64,000 bases of DNA from an uncultured Chthonomonadaceae bacterium (GCA_963835065.1 CAWIEK010000002.1:96001-160000), one strand, 5' to 3'; shown: positions 1 to 10,096, counted from the first letter of the stretch. The notes: a model not told the origin generated them from the sequence alone. Numbers and translations are program-made.

Positions 1-1371
1 CGTCAACCCGGCCAGCATCAGCACAACGGCGACAACCGCCCCACCCACGCGCAGCAGTCCTGACAGCAGCGCGATACCGGTCTGCCCATACCTCCGCCCA
101 TTCCCCCGCCAAAACAATCGCAGAACCACAACGGTAAGCAGCGTTGCCAGCATCGCCAGAGGCACAGCCCACGTTTCCGGGTACGCGCACAGCCAGGTTC
201 GCGTGATGTTGAAATAAATGGCGTCCGGCTGCCGCGCTTCCGTCAGGGACACGTTACCGAACTGCCGCGCCAGACTCAGCATGTTGTCGCCCTGATGCTG
301 CAAACTGCGCAAATCCAGACGCTCCACACTGTCCAGGCTGGTGTGGTAATGCGCGGCGCGGTCAATAAAGGCGAAGTTCAGCCCAATCATGCCCCCATCC
401 CGAAATTCCGTAAAATCCGTATCATTGGGCAGTTTCTTGTAGACGGCATAAAACAGGGAGGAGCCGAGCGGTTGTATCGCCCCCTGCCCGAACTGCCGCG
501 CCAGCCACCCATTCCCCGCGCTGGTCTCGAACATCAGCGACGGCCCCGACGTGCCCCGCGCCTCGAAGTTCAGGACCAGAGTAGGAAATGATGAATGATG
601 AGTGATGAGTGATGAGTGGGAATTCCATTCATCATTCATCATTCCGCGTTCAGCATTTCCTGCTGTTCCCTGTTCCCTGTTCCCTGTTCCCTGTCCTCCT
701 TCTACAAACGCCCGCGCTCCAAGCAAGCCGGTTTCTTCGCCGTCGGTTAAAAGAATAACCAGGTCGTTGCGCAGGCGGAAAGGGTACCTCACCCCGGACG
801 TCCATTTATGGACACCTTCTCTGGCCGCTTCTTCGCCGCCAGGGGAGGGGCTTTGCGAGTTAGCCGGGTTTGTAATGTCGCTGCGGGATTGGAGGGCGCG
901 AAGGGTTTCCAGCAAAGCCGCTGCGCTTGCGCCATCATCGCTTGCGCCCGGCCCGGTGGAAACCGAATCGTAATGCGCGGCAAGCAGCACGGTTCCGGTG
1001 GGGTTAGTGCCGGGTATGCGCGCCCAGATGTTGTGGACGGTGGCGGCGCGATACGGGCGGGATGTTCGCGCGCCGACAACCGGCGTGGTTTGCAGTTGGG
1101 GCGATACTCCCAATTGCCGAAGCTGCGCCAGGAGATAGTCACGAACGCGGGCATGTTCGGATGCGCCCTGTGGATGGGGAGATTTAGCGATTTCCCGAAG
1201 CGACATGAGGGCGCGAGAAGCGGAAAATGCTTCGGCAGGCGCGTTCGTGGAACGAGGCGAGGGCGGCGTAATGGAGCGGAGCGCGACAAGCGCCAGCAGC
1301 GCCAGCCACAACAGCATCAGGCAGGCTTGCCACTGCGCCAAACGCCGATTGTGAGTAGGATCAACGGGCAT
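1..1371 (-). CDS. M28-family metallopeptidase, membrane-anchored (3' end runs off window); carries in-frame repeat insertions
   Basis: Manual translation from ATG 1371: MPVDPTHNRR...LLAAHYDSVSTGPGASDDG...LLTDGEETGLLGARAF...LNFEARG...YKKLPNDTDF...FAFID...YHT. Absent from ORF track because no stop lies in the window. Confidence 0.9.
   Translation of the reverse strand, partial: MPVDPTHNRRLAQWQACLMLLWLALLALVALRSITPPSPRSTNAPAEAFSASRALMSLREIAKSPHPQGASEHARVRDYLLAQLRQLGVSPQLQTTPVVGARTSRPYRAATVHNIWARIPGTNPTGTVLLAAHYDSVSTGPGASDDGASAAALLETLRALQSRSDITNPANSQSPSPGGEEAAREGVHKWTSGVRYPFRLRNDLVILLTDGEETGLLGARAFVEGGQGTGNREQGTAGNAERGMMNDEWNSHSSLITHHSSFPTLVLNFEARGTSGPSLMFETSAGNGWLARQFGQGAIQPLGSSLFYAVYKKLPNDTDFTEFRDGGMIGLNFAFIDRAAHYHTSLDSVERLDLRSLQHQGDNMLSLARQFGNVSLTEARQPDAIYFNITRTWLCAYPETWAVPLAMLATLLTVVVLRLFWRGNGRRYGQTGIALLSGLLRVGGAVVAVVLMLAGLT
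586..696. repeat. Composite heptamer-repeat element (GATGAGT/GATGAAT, TTCATCA, GTTCCCT), in-frame within the M28 gene
   Basis: 627-693 matches 40088-40154 at 66 of 67 nt. Confidence 0.85.
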
Positions 1372-1380
1372 AAAATCACT

Positions 1381-1590
1381 TCAACATTTAGCAATTTCGG
1401 CATCGCTCATTTGATCACGCGCCGCCAGAACATAGCGGAAAGCGGCATACCGGTAATGCTCCGTATTGTCGTCTTCACCGGACTGATAAATGGCGATTTG
1501 TTTATACAGCAGGTCGGCTTCCAAAAAGCCATATTCCAGCCAATCGGCATGGTAGCGCAGAATATCAAGTTGATGGGACAGTTCTTCCAT
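1381..1590 (-). CDS. small hypothetical protein (69 aa), possibly a fragment
   Basis: ATG ORF with protein-like composition ending 10 bp before the M28 start on the same strand. Confidence 0.45.
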   Translation of the reverse strand: MEELSHQLDILRYHADWLEYGFLEADLLYKQIAIYQSGEDDNTEHYRYAAFRYVLAARDQMSDAEIAKC

Positions 1591-1691
1591 TCACTGCAAG
1601 TGCCCCTTCCCCACAACGCAAGCAGCAACCCTCCCGCAAAAACAATCCAGAAAAAAGACAGTAAAAAGAGCAAAAAAACGCCAAAACAAAC

Positions 1692-1719
1692 GAACCCTTT
1701 GTCCAACGCAGCCGTCTAA
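1692..1719 (+). promoter_or_regulatory. putative ECF sigma promoter GAACC-N16-CGTCTAA
   Basis: Identical boxes and spacing at 45850-45877 while the spacer sequence differs. Confidence 0.6.
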
Positions 1720-1724
1720 AAAGT

Positions 1725-1966
1725 AGAATAACGTCTACTGTTTAGATGTTAGACACAGAAGGCGGAACGTTCGCAGTTCCTATCAACTCTCAACTCTCAA
1801 CTCTCAACTAAGAAGGGAGGTGCCAGTTCTATGTTCCGCTTCTCCCATCCGCCCTGACGCTGCGGAGGCCACGACGCCTCTCTCCTACAATCTGACACAA
1901 CGAGACATCGGGCTGGAAGCGCTGTATTGCCAAGATTTCGACGATGCCTCTACATACTCTTTTTCT
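1725..1966 (+). ncRNA. candidate structured sRNA / micro-ORF transcript, copy 1
   Basis: Homologous to 45885-46144. SD AAGGGAGGTG (1813-1822), ORF MFRFSHPP* (1831-1857), covarying stem 1902-1910/1942-1950, T-rich end. Strand inferred from the promoter. Confidence 0.5.
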
Positions 1967-2004
1967 ACAGATACTTTTCTCTGCCTGCCGTTTGCCCGGC
2001 GTTT

Positions 2005-2118
2005 TCCTGCCGGGTGTTTTCAACCCTCGGAACGCTCTTGTCGGTATCCGGCCTCCCATTTCACAGCAAGCGTTTTCAATACCCGGAACGCCTGCCGGGG
2101 ATTGAAAAGCCCCGGTAC
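2005..2118. repeat. REP-like palindromes (GCCGGGG-ATTGAAAA-GCCCCGG type)
   Basis: Related palindromes at 7795-7925 and 12755-12897. Confidence 0.65.
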
Positions 2119-2136
2119 AGGCTGTTCAGGAAAGCA

Positions 2137-2904
2137 TTATGGCCTGCGTTCGGCGGACGCGCGGCGATACTCGCGCATTACGGTTTCCACGTCACCGTCC
2201 ATGCAAATATGGCTGGTGTCCAGCCACAAGATGCGCTCCGCAACCCGCTCCACAGCGGCAAGATCGTGCGACACGAACACAATGGTTTTGCCCTGCGCCT
2301 GCAATTCCGCAATCAGGCGGTAGCATTTGTGCTGAAACGCCTCGTCGCCCACCGCCAGCACTTCATCCACGAGCAGCAAATCCGGGTCGGTATGCACGGC
2401 AATAGAAAAGCCCAGGCGCAGTTTCGCTCCATCGTTCCAGTTGCGGACAATGGTATCCGCCTTTTTTTCCAGTTCCGCGAACGCGATAATCTGTTCCCGG
2501 CGTTCCTGCACCTGCTGCGCGGTCATGCCGAGCATGGCTCCGTAAAAGGCGATGTTGTCGTAACCGTCCAGTTCGGGATGCAGTCCCGCGCCCAATTCCA
2601 GCAGGGGCGCGATACGCGGACGCTCACCGGACTGACTGAACATTTCCAGGGTTCCCGACGTTTGCCGGTATACCCGCGCCAGCAGGCCGAGCAGCGTAGA
2701 CTTGCCCGACCCGTTGCGCCCGATAACCGCCAGCGTCTGCCCGTGCGGGACGCGAAAACTGATGTTTTCCAGCGCGGTAAACGGCTCAATCCGGGTGCGC
2801 CGCGACCATTCCAGCACAGCGCGTTTGATAGAGTGCGCCTCATGCCGCACGCGAAACACTTTGGTCAGATTTTCCGCGATAATGGCGTCAGGACAGGAAT
2901 TCAA
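2137..2904 (-). CDS. wzt: polysaccharide ABC exporter ATP-binding subunit (Wzt-like, no C-terminal carbohydrate-binding domain)
   Basis: Walker A GRNGSGKST, LLELGAGLHPELDG, LLVDEVLAVGD, VSHD; adjacent to permease. Confidence 0.9.
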   Translation of the reverse strand: MNSCPDAIIAENLTKVFRVRHEAHSIKRAVLEWSRRTRIEPFTALENISFRVPHGQTLAVIGRNGSGKSTLLGLLARVYRQTSGTLEMFSQSGERPRIAPLLELGAGLHPELDGYDNIAFYGAMLGMTAQQVQERREQIIAFAELEKKADTIVRNWNDGAKLRLGFSIAVHTDPDLLLVDEVLAVGDEAFQHKCYRLIAELQAQGKTIVFVSHDLAAVERVAERILWLDTSHICMDGDVETVMREYRRASAERRP

Positions 2905-2907
2905 ACT

Positions 2908-3792
2908 TTAACTCCGTTCCACAAACTGCCACTTGCGCCGGTTGAAATACCAGTAGCAGAACCAGGCGAACGCAATCGTAATCAGGAACGCGCCCCCGAA
3001 CGCCGGCCAGTCCATCGGAATCGGCGGCAGTTCCCGGCCATTGGGCAGGTACATTTTATTGAATTTGGAGGGCGACAGCGGTTCCAGAATACACTTGCGA
3101 TAAGCGTCAATGATCGCCGTGATGGGATTTAACCTGTATACGGTCAGCAGCCAGGGATGGCGGCGCATCACGCCAAAATCGGCGGCAAGATCGGCGGGAT
3201 ACAAAATCGGCAGCAGAAACACGATCAGGTTCAGCACGGTGGTCACGATAAACTTTACATCATCGAAAAACACGTTCAGGGCGGACAGCAAAAGCGCGAA
3301 CCCCGCTGTCAGCAAAAACAGCATCAGGGTAATCAGAGGGAAATACAGCATGGACGGCAGCAGGGGAATGCCGACGCCGGAAAAACGGCGCACAACCACA
3401 AACACGACAAAAAACACCGCCCAGCTAATGAACAAATGCACCGTGTTGCTCAACACCGTCGCCAGGGGAATCACTTCGCGGGGCATGTACACTTTTTTGA
3501 TAATGCCGTAGTTGGCGAGCAGGCATTGACTGGCATCCAGCAGCGCGGTGGAAAAAAAGGTCCAGGGGATCAGGCCGCATAGCAGATAGGGCGCGTAATT
3601 CGGGTAATCAATACGCAGCGCTACTTTGAACAAGAACATGTACACGAACACTTGCAGCAGGGGCGGAATTATAGACCACAAAAGCCCTAATGCAGAGTTT
3701 TTGTAGCGTACCTTTAATTCGCGCCGCACGAACATGTGCAGCAAATAGCGGTAGCGCCACAGTTCCAAAAGGTTCTCGCGTGTTGTTGCCAT
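2908..3792 (-). CDS. wzm: polysaccharide ABC exporter permease (Wzm-like)
   Basis: RRELKVRYKNSALGLLW, LNPIT, multiple TM helices. Confidence 0.9.
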   Translation of the reverse strand: MATTRENLLELWRYRYLLHMFVRRELKVRYKNSALGLLWSIIPPLLQVFVYMFLFKVALRIDYPNYAPYLLCGLIPWTFFSTALLDASQCLLANYGIIKKVYMPREVIPLATVLSNTVHLFISWAVFFVVFVVVRRFSGVGIPLLPSMLYFPLITLMLFLLTAGFALLLSALNVFFDDVKFIVTTVLNLIVFLLPILYPADLAADFGVMRRHPWLLTVYRLNPITAIIDAYRKCILEPLSPSKFNKMYLPNGRELPPIPMDWPAFGGAFLITIAFAWFCYWYFNRRKWQFVERS

Positions 3793-3811
3793 CTTATGTG
3801 TTCCTGATATT

Positions 3812-4048
3812 TCAATCTGCGCCGTCCTCGTCCTCCTCGTCGTTGACAGCCGTTGCCACGTCTTCAGGCCGCGCCGGTTCCAGGAGGGCGAGCAGGGCGG
3901 AACGGGGTATCAGCACTTTGCGCTTGCCTGCGATACGGAAGGCTTGCAGGCGGCCTTGCCGGATGTAGGAGCGAATGCTGGACTGACTTACTTGCAGATA
4001 TTGTGCCGCCTGTTCGACGGTGAGCAAATCCCTGGCTTCCAGGTCCAT
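3812..4048 (-). CDS. excisionase-like HTH_17 DNA-binding protein
   Basis: LLTVEQAAQYLQVSQSSIRSYIRQGRLQAFRIAG pattern. Confidence 0.85.
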   Translation of the reverse strand: MDLEARDLLTVEQAAQYLQVSQSSIRSYIRQGRLQAFRIAGKRKVLIPRSALLALLEPARPEDVATAVNDEEDEDGAD

Positions 4049-4407
4049 TCAGTTGTCCCTTTTGGTAAGTGGTCGGTCAAGCTATTCGGTCGCCGTCCTC
4101 CCCGCAAATGCAGGGCGCGGCAGTCAATTCCCACAACCGCAGCAAACCGTCGCAAAAGAAAATGCTGGGAAAGACTCCCGAAGGAGCGGGTGGAGCAAAA
4201 TTCAGAGGAATCGCGCAATCTATAAGCGAATTGGGTAGAGTATACAAAATGCCGACAGGGAATGTCAATAGCTTGCAGGAGTTTTACACAGGACATTGGC
4301 TAGATTCTGCGCAAATTGTTCGCCGGTATCGCCGGGGGCGCGTTTCCACTTTCCTGTACGTAAGAATAGTAGGGTGTTAGGGTTCTATGGTTTTAGGGTT
4401 TTAGGGT

Positions 4408-6036
4408 GTGGAGATTAATCCATTGCGGCAATTTTACGCTTGCTTTTGCGTTGTATGGGGTATCGTTTTTGGCGTTTGCGCCGCGTCTGCCACTGCGCAG
4501 GCGGAACCGGACGCAGGCATCCGGCGCGTGGTTGTGCTTGCGCCGCGCGCCATCGCGCCGACGCCGCAGGTGCAGCAGCGCATTGAGCAGGAACGCGCCC
4601 GCCGCAGCAAAGCGCGGCGTAAATCCAAACGGCGTATGCCCGTCCCGCAGGTTTCATCTGCTTCTAATGCCGCCGCGCCAACCCTTTCGGCGTCGAACGT
4701 TCCCGCGCCAACTATACCAACCGTTTCTATACCGAATGTTGCTGCGCAAGCCGGCAAGGATAGTCATGCCCCGAAAACGGAAGCCAATTCAGCGCCTCGT
4801 ATGGACGCCGGCAGGCCGAAGCAGAACCTTTCGCAAGCGCCTGCGGCTCCATTCGCCGCTACGCAGCCGTCCGGGGCTTCCACTTCAAGTGGCAAAACCG
4901 ATGTCGTACCCCCGGAGCAGCGCGCGTCATTGGCGCAGGCGCTTTTTGTGGACGCGCTGACGGAACGCTTACAGGATCGTTTGGGGATAGTCGTGGCCGG
5001 GGATAACGAGATTACCGCCGCTTGCCAGACCCTGCATCTGACGCCGGAACAAGCCGCGCAACCGGACAATGCGCGGCGATTGTGCGTACAATTACACTGC
5101 CAGGCCGCGCTGATACCCCATATAACCGCCTGTACCCTGCGCGAAGCCGCCACTCGTGACGCGGCTGTCTTCGCTCAAATCGAAACCATTTTTGCGCCCA
5201 CACAAGCGGAACAGGTTCCTTCCGGCAAGGCGGCTGCGAACGACACACCGCCCTTAGCGCAATGGCCTGCGCGTCTGGAAGTGGCGGGAACGGCTTCCTC
5301 GGATCGCGTACTTCTGCACAGCGCGTACAAGAAACCGCAGGCCGACCTTATCCGCGATGCCACGCAGCAGGCAGTCAACATTCTGCTTCACGCCCTGCGA
5401 ACCGGGGAGCAGGCTCCGTTCATGCGGATGGAAGACCGTATCGCCGTTACGCCGGTTCTCGCGCCGGGGGGAGCCGACAAACTGATTTTTACCGCGTCGG
5501 GGCGGCGCGTCATGCCTGCGTCTGTGGGTGAACTTCATGCGTCGGTAACAGCGCTGTTTTTGCCCGACCTGCTGCCCCTTGCGCCCGGCCACATCCTTAA
5601 TGAGAATGACGTTGCTGTGGCTTTCGCCGCGCAGGGGGGCAAGCCGAAAGAGTTGTGGCGGGGAGAAGACCAGCCCGCAATCAATCGCGTTCAAACCCTG
5701 GGGCGCAGCCTGCGCGTGGATTATGTTCTGCTGTCCCGCGTCACGGATGTGGAACTGTCGGAAAGCGAAGGCGCGTCGGATGCCACCGGCAACGCTTCGG
5801 CAACGGAACGGCAGCGCGCGGTTCGCGTGGAAGCCGTCGCCGCCCTGGTGCGCGTGGGAGACGGTGTGTTGCTCTGGCATGACCGCGCCATTGCCACCAT
5901 GGCCGCGCCCCTGCCTATGTTCACCGTGAATGGCAAATCGCCGTCCACCCAAAGTCTCGTCCACGACGCCACGCGCTTCGCCCTCGTGGAATTGCAGCGC
6001 CGCCTGCGTCGTTATCGGAGTACGTTTGAAAGGTAG
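4408..6036 (+). CDS. hypothetical exported protein
   Basis: 542-aa ORF with signal-like N-terminus and Pro/Ala-rich linker. Confidence 0.7.
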   Translation: MEINPLRQFYACFCVVWGIVFGVCAASATAQAEPDAGIRRVVVLAPRAIAPTPQVQQRIEQERARRSKARRKSKRRMPVPQVSSASNAAAPTLSASNVPAPTIPTVSIPNVAAQAGKDSHAPKTEANSAPRMDAGRPKQNLSQAPAAPFAATQPSGASTSSGKTDVVPPEQRASLAQALFVDALTERLQDRLGIVVAGDNEITAACQTLHLTPEQAAQPDNARRLCVQLHCQAALIPHITACTLREAATRDAAVFAQIETIFAPTQAEQVPSGKAAANDTPPLAQWPARLEVAGTASSDRVLLHSAYKKPQADLIRDATQQAVNILLHALRTGEQAPFMRMEDRIAVTPVLAPGGADKLIFTASGRRVMPASVGELHASVTALFLPDLLPLAPGHILNENDVAVAFAAQGGKPKELWRGEDQPAINRVQTLGRSLRVDYVLLSRVTDVELSESEGASDATGNASATERQRAVRVEAVAALVRVGDGVLLWHDRAIATMAAPLPMFTVNGKSPSTQSLVHDATRFALVELQRRLRRYRSTFER

Positions 6037-6169
6037 ATAAGAGATAAGAGATAAAAGATAAGAGTAAATGCTCTGGTGCTATCCATCTGTGTGGCACATT
6101 GTATATTCTGCTGCTTCTACAAACTTCTATCTCTTATCTCTTATCTCTTATCTCTTATCTCTCTTATCT
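6035..6169. repeat. inverted pair of heptamer tandem repeats (AGATAAG)n / (CTTATCT)n
   Basis: Seen directly between the 4408 gene and recO. Confidence 0.85.
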
Positions 6170-6177
6170 AAATCCCT

Positions 6178-6939
6178 ATGCCCACTTATCCCGCCAACGG
6201 CCTGGTCGTGCATCGCATTGACCTGGGCGAAAATGACCGTATCTTGACTCTGTTCACCCGCGAACACGGCAAAGTGTCTGCTGTCGCCAAGGGCGCGCGG
6301 CGGGCCAAAAGCCGTCTGAGCGGCGCGACGGACTTGTTCACGCACTCGCGCTTTCTGCTCGGAACCGGCAGGAATCTGGATATTGTCTCGCAGTGCGAAA
6401 TCGCCCAATCGTTTCCTGATCTGCGCTACGATCTGGAACGGCTGGCCCGCGCCACGTACTTCTGCGAACTGCTGGACCGATTGACGCTGGAACGGGACGC
6501 GATTGCCAGTGACGAGTTATTTGATTTAACCCTGTCCGCCCTGCACCTGCTGGCCCGCGCCGAAACCTATCTGGACGGCATTGTCCATGCTTACGAGTTA
6601 CACCTGCTGGCGATCATCGGGTACGCGCCCGTGCTGGATCAATGCGTGAAATGCGGCAACCCCTTAGAGCGGCGGCAAATCGGGTTCAGCCCGTCTTTGG
6701 GCGGAACGCTGTGCAACGCGGATCGCTACAAGGCCGATGATGCCGTTTCCTTATCACTGGACAGCGTGGAAATGATGCAGACATTGATGCAGGAACCTCC
6801 TGAAACAGTGCTTGGCCTGGAGCCTGCGCCCAAAACGGCAGCCGAAGTCGCCCGCGCCCTGCGCTGGTTCGTGCGCTTCCGGGCTGACCGCGACCTCAAA
6901 AGCGCCGACTTTCTGGATCAACTGCGCGCGGGAAAGTAA
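6178..6939 (+). CDS. recO: DNA repair protein RecO
   Basis: LGENDRILTLFTREHGKVSAVAKGARRAKSR; GYAPVLDQCVKCG zinc finger. Confidence 0.95.
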   Translation: MPTYPANGLVVHRIDLGENDRILTLFTREHGKVSAVAKGARRAKSRLSGATDLFTHSRFLLGTGRNLDIVSQCEIAQSFPDLRYDLERLARATYFCELLDRLTLERDAIASDELFDLTLSALHLLARAETYLDGIVHAYELHLLAIIGYAPVLDQCVKCGNPLERRQIGFSPSLGGTLCNADRYKADDAVSLSLDSVEMMQTLMQEPPETVLGLEPAPKTAAEVARALRWFVRFRADRDLKSADFLDQLRAGK

Positions 6940-6951
6940 GGACTGAAAACC

Positions 6952-7695
6952 ATGCGGCTTATTCTTGCGGGCTTGTTCGTGGTTGTCGGCATATTCCTGG
7001 TGTTTTTGCTGCTTGGCCCCTGGCTGGAGCATCTGCCCCCGTTGCTTTCCATGCTGCTTATTGCTGTAATCGCGGGCGTGGGTTTCCTGGGGTTGTGCCT
7101 TGCCGCCCTTTTTCTCTTCAATGCGCCCGACCCTACAAGCAAGTCGGCGGCAGAATACGAGAAGCAAATGCGCGAATGGGAAGCGCAGGGATTGCTGACG
7201 GTTACGAATTACAAATTTACGCGGGCGTTTCGAGCGGATGAAGACGAAGCCATAGAAGAGGAAGACGAAGACAACGCCGAGGTGTCAGGCCCGCACTACT
7301 TCTTCGAACTTGACAACGGTACGGTGCTATACCTGTGCGGGCATTACCTGCCCGCGCCGGAAGGAACCCTTGACGGCCCAGACGCCTTTAATGGTGAAGC
7401 CCCGCCTTACCTGGAGGATGCCGACTTAATAACGGACCTGGCGCTTATGGCTGATGAATTAGATGCTCGACATGTGAGGGAAGGCCACTTTTCCTATACT
7501 ATCTCCTCTTTTGAGTTGACCGTCAAGCGTCACAGCATCGAGGACAGGATTGTTCAGGTTAGTTGCGATATAGGGCCGATAATGGATACTGCTCCGGCCA
7601 CGTTTTGGAACAACCCCTACTGGCAGAGCCACTCTGTCAACGATGGCGACATTCTCACCGACTGCGCCTACGATGAACTGCTTGCGGACTTATAA
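6952..7695 (+). CDS. hypothetical membrane protein (2 N-terminal TM helices, acidic domain)
   Basis: ATG ORF 12 bp after recO. Confidence 0.7.
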   Translation: MRLILAGLFVVVGIFLVFLLLGPWLEHLPPLLSMLLIAVIAGVGFLGLCLAALFLFNAPDPTSKSAAEYEKQMREWEAQGLLTVTNYKFTRAFRADEDEAIEEEDEDNAEVSGPHYFFELDNGTVLYLCGHYLPAPEGTLDGPDAFNGEAPPYLEDADLITDLALMADELDARHVREGHFSYTISSFELTVKRHSIEDRIVQVSCDIGPIMDTAPATFWNNPYWQSHSVNDGDILTDCAYDELLADL

Positions 7696-7794
7696 TTCCC
7701 GCAACGCTTGTGCCTCTTATAAATTGTTTCGTCCAATCGCGCCGTTTCTGAACTAACGGCGCTTTCTTGCGTCGGTAACTGTGAAGCGCGCAAG

Positions 7795-7925
7795 TTGCCG
7801 GGCACTGAAAGTACCCGTCTCGGTGGCGTTCCGCCAAGCGTCCTACGGACGCACAATGCTTGTACAATGGGTTGCGTCCGCAGGACGCTTGTACTTTCCT
7901 GCCGGGTATTTTCAATGCCCGGTAC
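7795..7925. repeat. nested REP/REPIN-like inverted repeat
   Basis: CAAGCGTCCTACGGACGC...GCGTCCGCAGGACGCTTG flanked by GCCGGG palindromes; near-copy at 12755-12897. Confidence 0.75.
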
Positions 7926-7983
7926 GCAGGCCCTACAGACGGTAGTTTTTAACCAAAGGTTACAGATAGAAGAAGGATGCGTC

Positions 7984-10096
7984 ATGCTGAACATTCGCTG
8001 CAATAGAATTCAATGGACTGCTCTCGCCTTGTCGCTTGGCGTGGCCGGCATCACGCTGACCGCCAACACGCTGGCCGCATCGCCTGCGGACAAGGCCGCG
8101 CCGCCCACTGCGGGGGATGCCATCAAGCGCAGCCCCGCCGCCCATCCGCTTACCGAGGACGAGAAAATCGTCCATGTGCTGAACCGATTGGGATTTGGGC
8201 CGCGTCCCGGCGATGTCGCCAAAGTGAAGGCGATGGGACTGTCCCGCTACATTGACATGCAATTGCGCCCGGAAAGCATTGACGACTCTGCCGTAGACAG
8301 ACAACTCGCGGGCTATGCGCAACTCCAATTGAGCGGCGAACAGCTTGACGAGGAGTACAACACCTTTTTAAGTACGGCGCGTACGGCGCAAACGGCGGGC
8401 AAAGCCATCAAAAAGCAGGCCGCGCGGGACAATGCCGCAGCAGGCGCAAGTGAGGCCACGCCGGGCGTAACCAATGCCGCGCCGGGCAGCCAGAACAATG
8501 CAAGTGGCGCGGGCAATGCCGGTCAAGCCGGATAAGATGGCAGCCGAAGACACACAGGCCGTGCCGCCCCTTGCCGGTAAAAAAGCCAACAAAGGCAAAC
8601 GGGCGCTTGCGGGCGTGAATAGTGGCGCGGACATGATGCCCACGCAGGACGTTCGCGCTTTGCGGCAGCAGTTGGCGCAAGTGGCTCTGCCCATTACGCA
8701 GGCGCACGAGCAGTTTATGGCCGCGAAAATGGTACGCGCTATCGAGTCGGAGCGGCAGCTTCAGGAAGTGCTGGCCGACTTTTGGAACAACCATTTTAAT
8801 ATAGACCTGCGCCGCGCCCCCTGCGGGATTTTGAAAATCGCCGATGACCGCGATGCGATCCGCCCGCACATTTTGGGCAAATTCCGCGACCTGCTGGGAG
8901 CCAGCGCGCACAGCCCCGCCATGCTGGTGTACCTGGACAACTATCTGTCCACCGCCGACCCCGGCGCGGCGACATCCGCAGCGGCAATGACGCCCGCCCG
9001 ACGCGCTCGCCTCAAGGCCAATCCGCCGAAGAAGCAGCGCATGGGTGGCCTGAATGAAAACTACGCCCGTGAAATCATGGAACTGCATACATTGGGTGTG
9101 GATGGCGGCTACACGCAAAACGACGTGCATGAAGTGGCTCGCTGTTTTTCGGGCTGGAGCCTCGCGTCGGCAGGCGGCAACCGACGCCCCGGAGCGGGCA
9201 AGTACAGTCAAGTCGGCGCGTTCCGCTTTTATCCCGCCGTACATGACAACGGCGCAAAAACGGTATTAGGACAAACCATTCCTGCGGGCGGCGGCATTCA
9301 GGACGGCGAAAAAGTGCTGGACATTCTGGCTTCGCACCCCGCCACCATGCGCCACGTCTCCTACCAACTGTGTCAGCGACTGGTGGCCGACACGCCGCCG
9401 GCTTCCCTTGTAGACAAATGCGTGGCGACCTGGAAGCGCACGGATGGCGACCTGCGCGAAATCGTGCGAACCATTGCCATTTCGCCGGAGTTTTACGCGT
9501 CGGCTTCGTATCGCAGCAAAATCAAATCGCCGTTTGAATATGCGGTTTCGTCCGTTCGGGCGCTTGGCGGCACGTATGCGGGCGTAACCGATATGCGCGG
9601 CAGAGGGCAGGCGCGCGTCGCCCTTTCGCTCATCAAGCCGCCCAAGGGTGGCGGCTATCTGGACGCGGGGGAAACCACGCTGCTTGGACAAATCGGGACG
9701 ATGGGACAGCCGCTCTTCCAGTATCAGGCTCCCACCGGCTACCCTGAAGATTCCAGCAAATGGGTTTCGGCGGGCGCGCTGATTTCTCGCCTGAACTTTG
9801 CCCTGGCGCTGACGGACGGCAAATTAACGGATGTTACCGCATTCCAAGTAGTGCCTACGCCTGCCGATGCAAAACCAATCAACGCCAACAACGCTATCAG
9901 CAACGCGGGCTTGCTGGTAGATCAATTGTCAACGCAGATTCTGCACACGCCGATTGCGCCGTCCACCCGCGCCACGCTGCTCAAGCAGTTAAGCGCCGAT
10001 ACCGCGCCGGTTTCCACTGCCGCCACCGGCATAAACGTCACCGCCAACCGCGTCGCCGCTCTGCTATTAGGTTCGCCGGAGTTCCAGCGCCGATAA
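7984..10096 (+). CDS. DUF1800 family protein (frameshift near 8500-8535)
   Basis: HVLNRLGFGPRPGD in the first frame; DFWNNHFN, SPAMLVYLDN, LNENYAREIMELHTLG, SPEFQRR in the second. Confidence 0.85.

Noticed and set aside
1407..1706. 99-aa hydrophobic minus-strand ORF
   Set aside because: Hydrophobicity comes from an A-rich promoter-upstream tract; overlaps a more plausible ORF.
1820..2323. Duplicated element read as an ordinary protein gene (also 45958-46239)
   Set aside because: Differences between copies are mostly non-synonymous and include an indel; covariation favours RNA structure.
808..3132. Plus-strand ORFs 808-1719 and 1927-3132
   Set aside because: Antisense shadows of the M28 and wzt/wzm genes.
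3812..4048. Prophage or ICE boundary
   Set aside because: No integrase, att-like repeat or tRNA seen.
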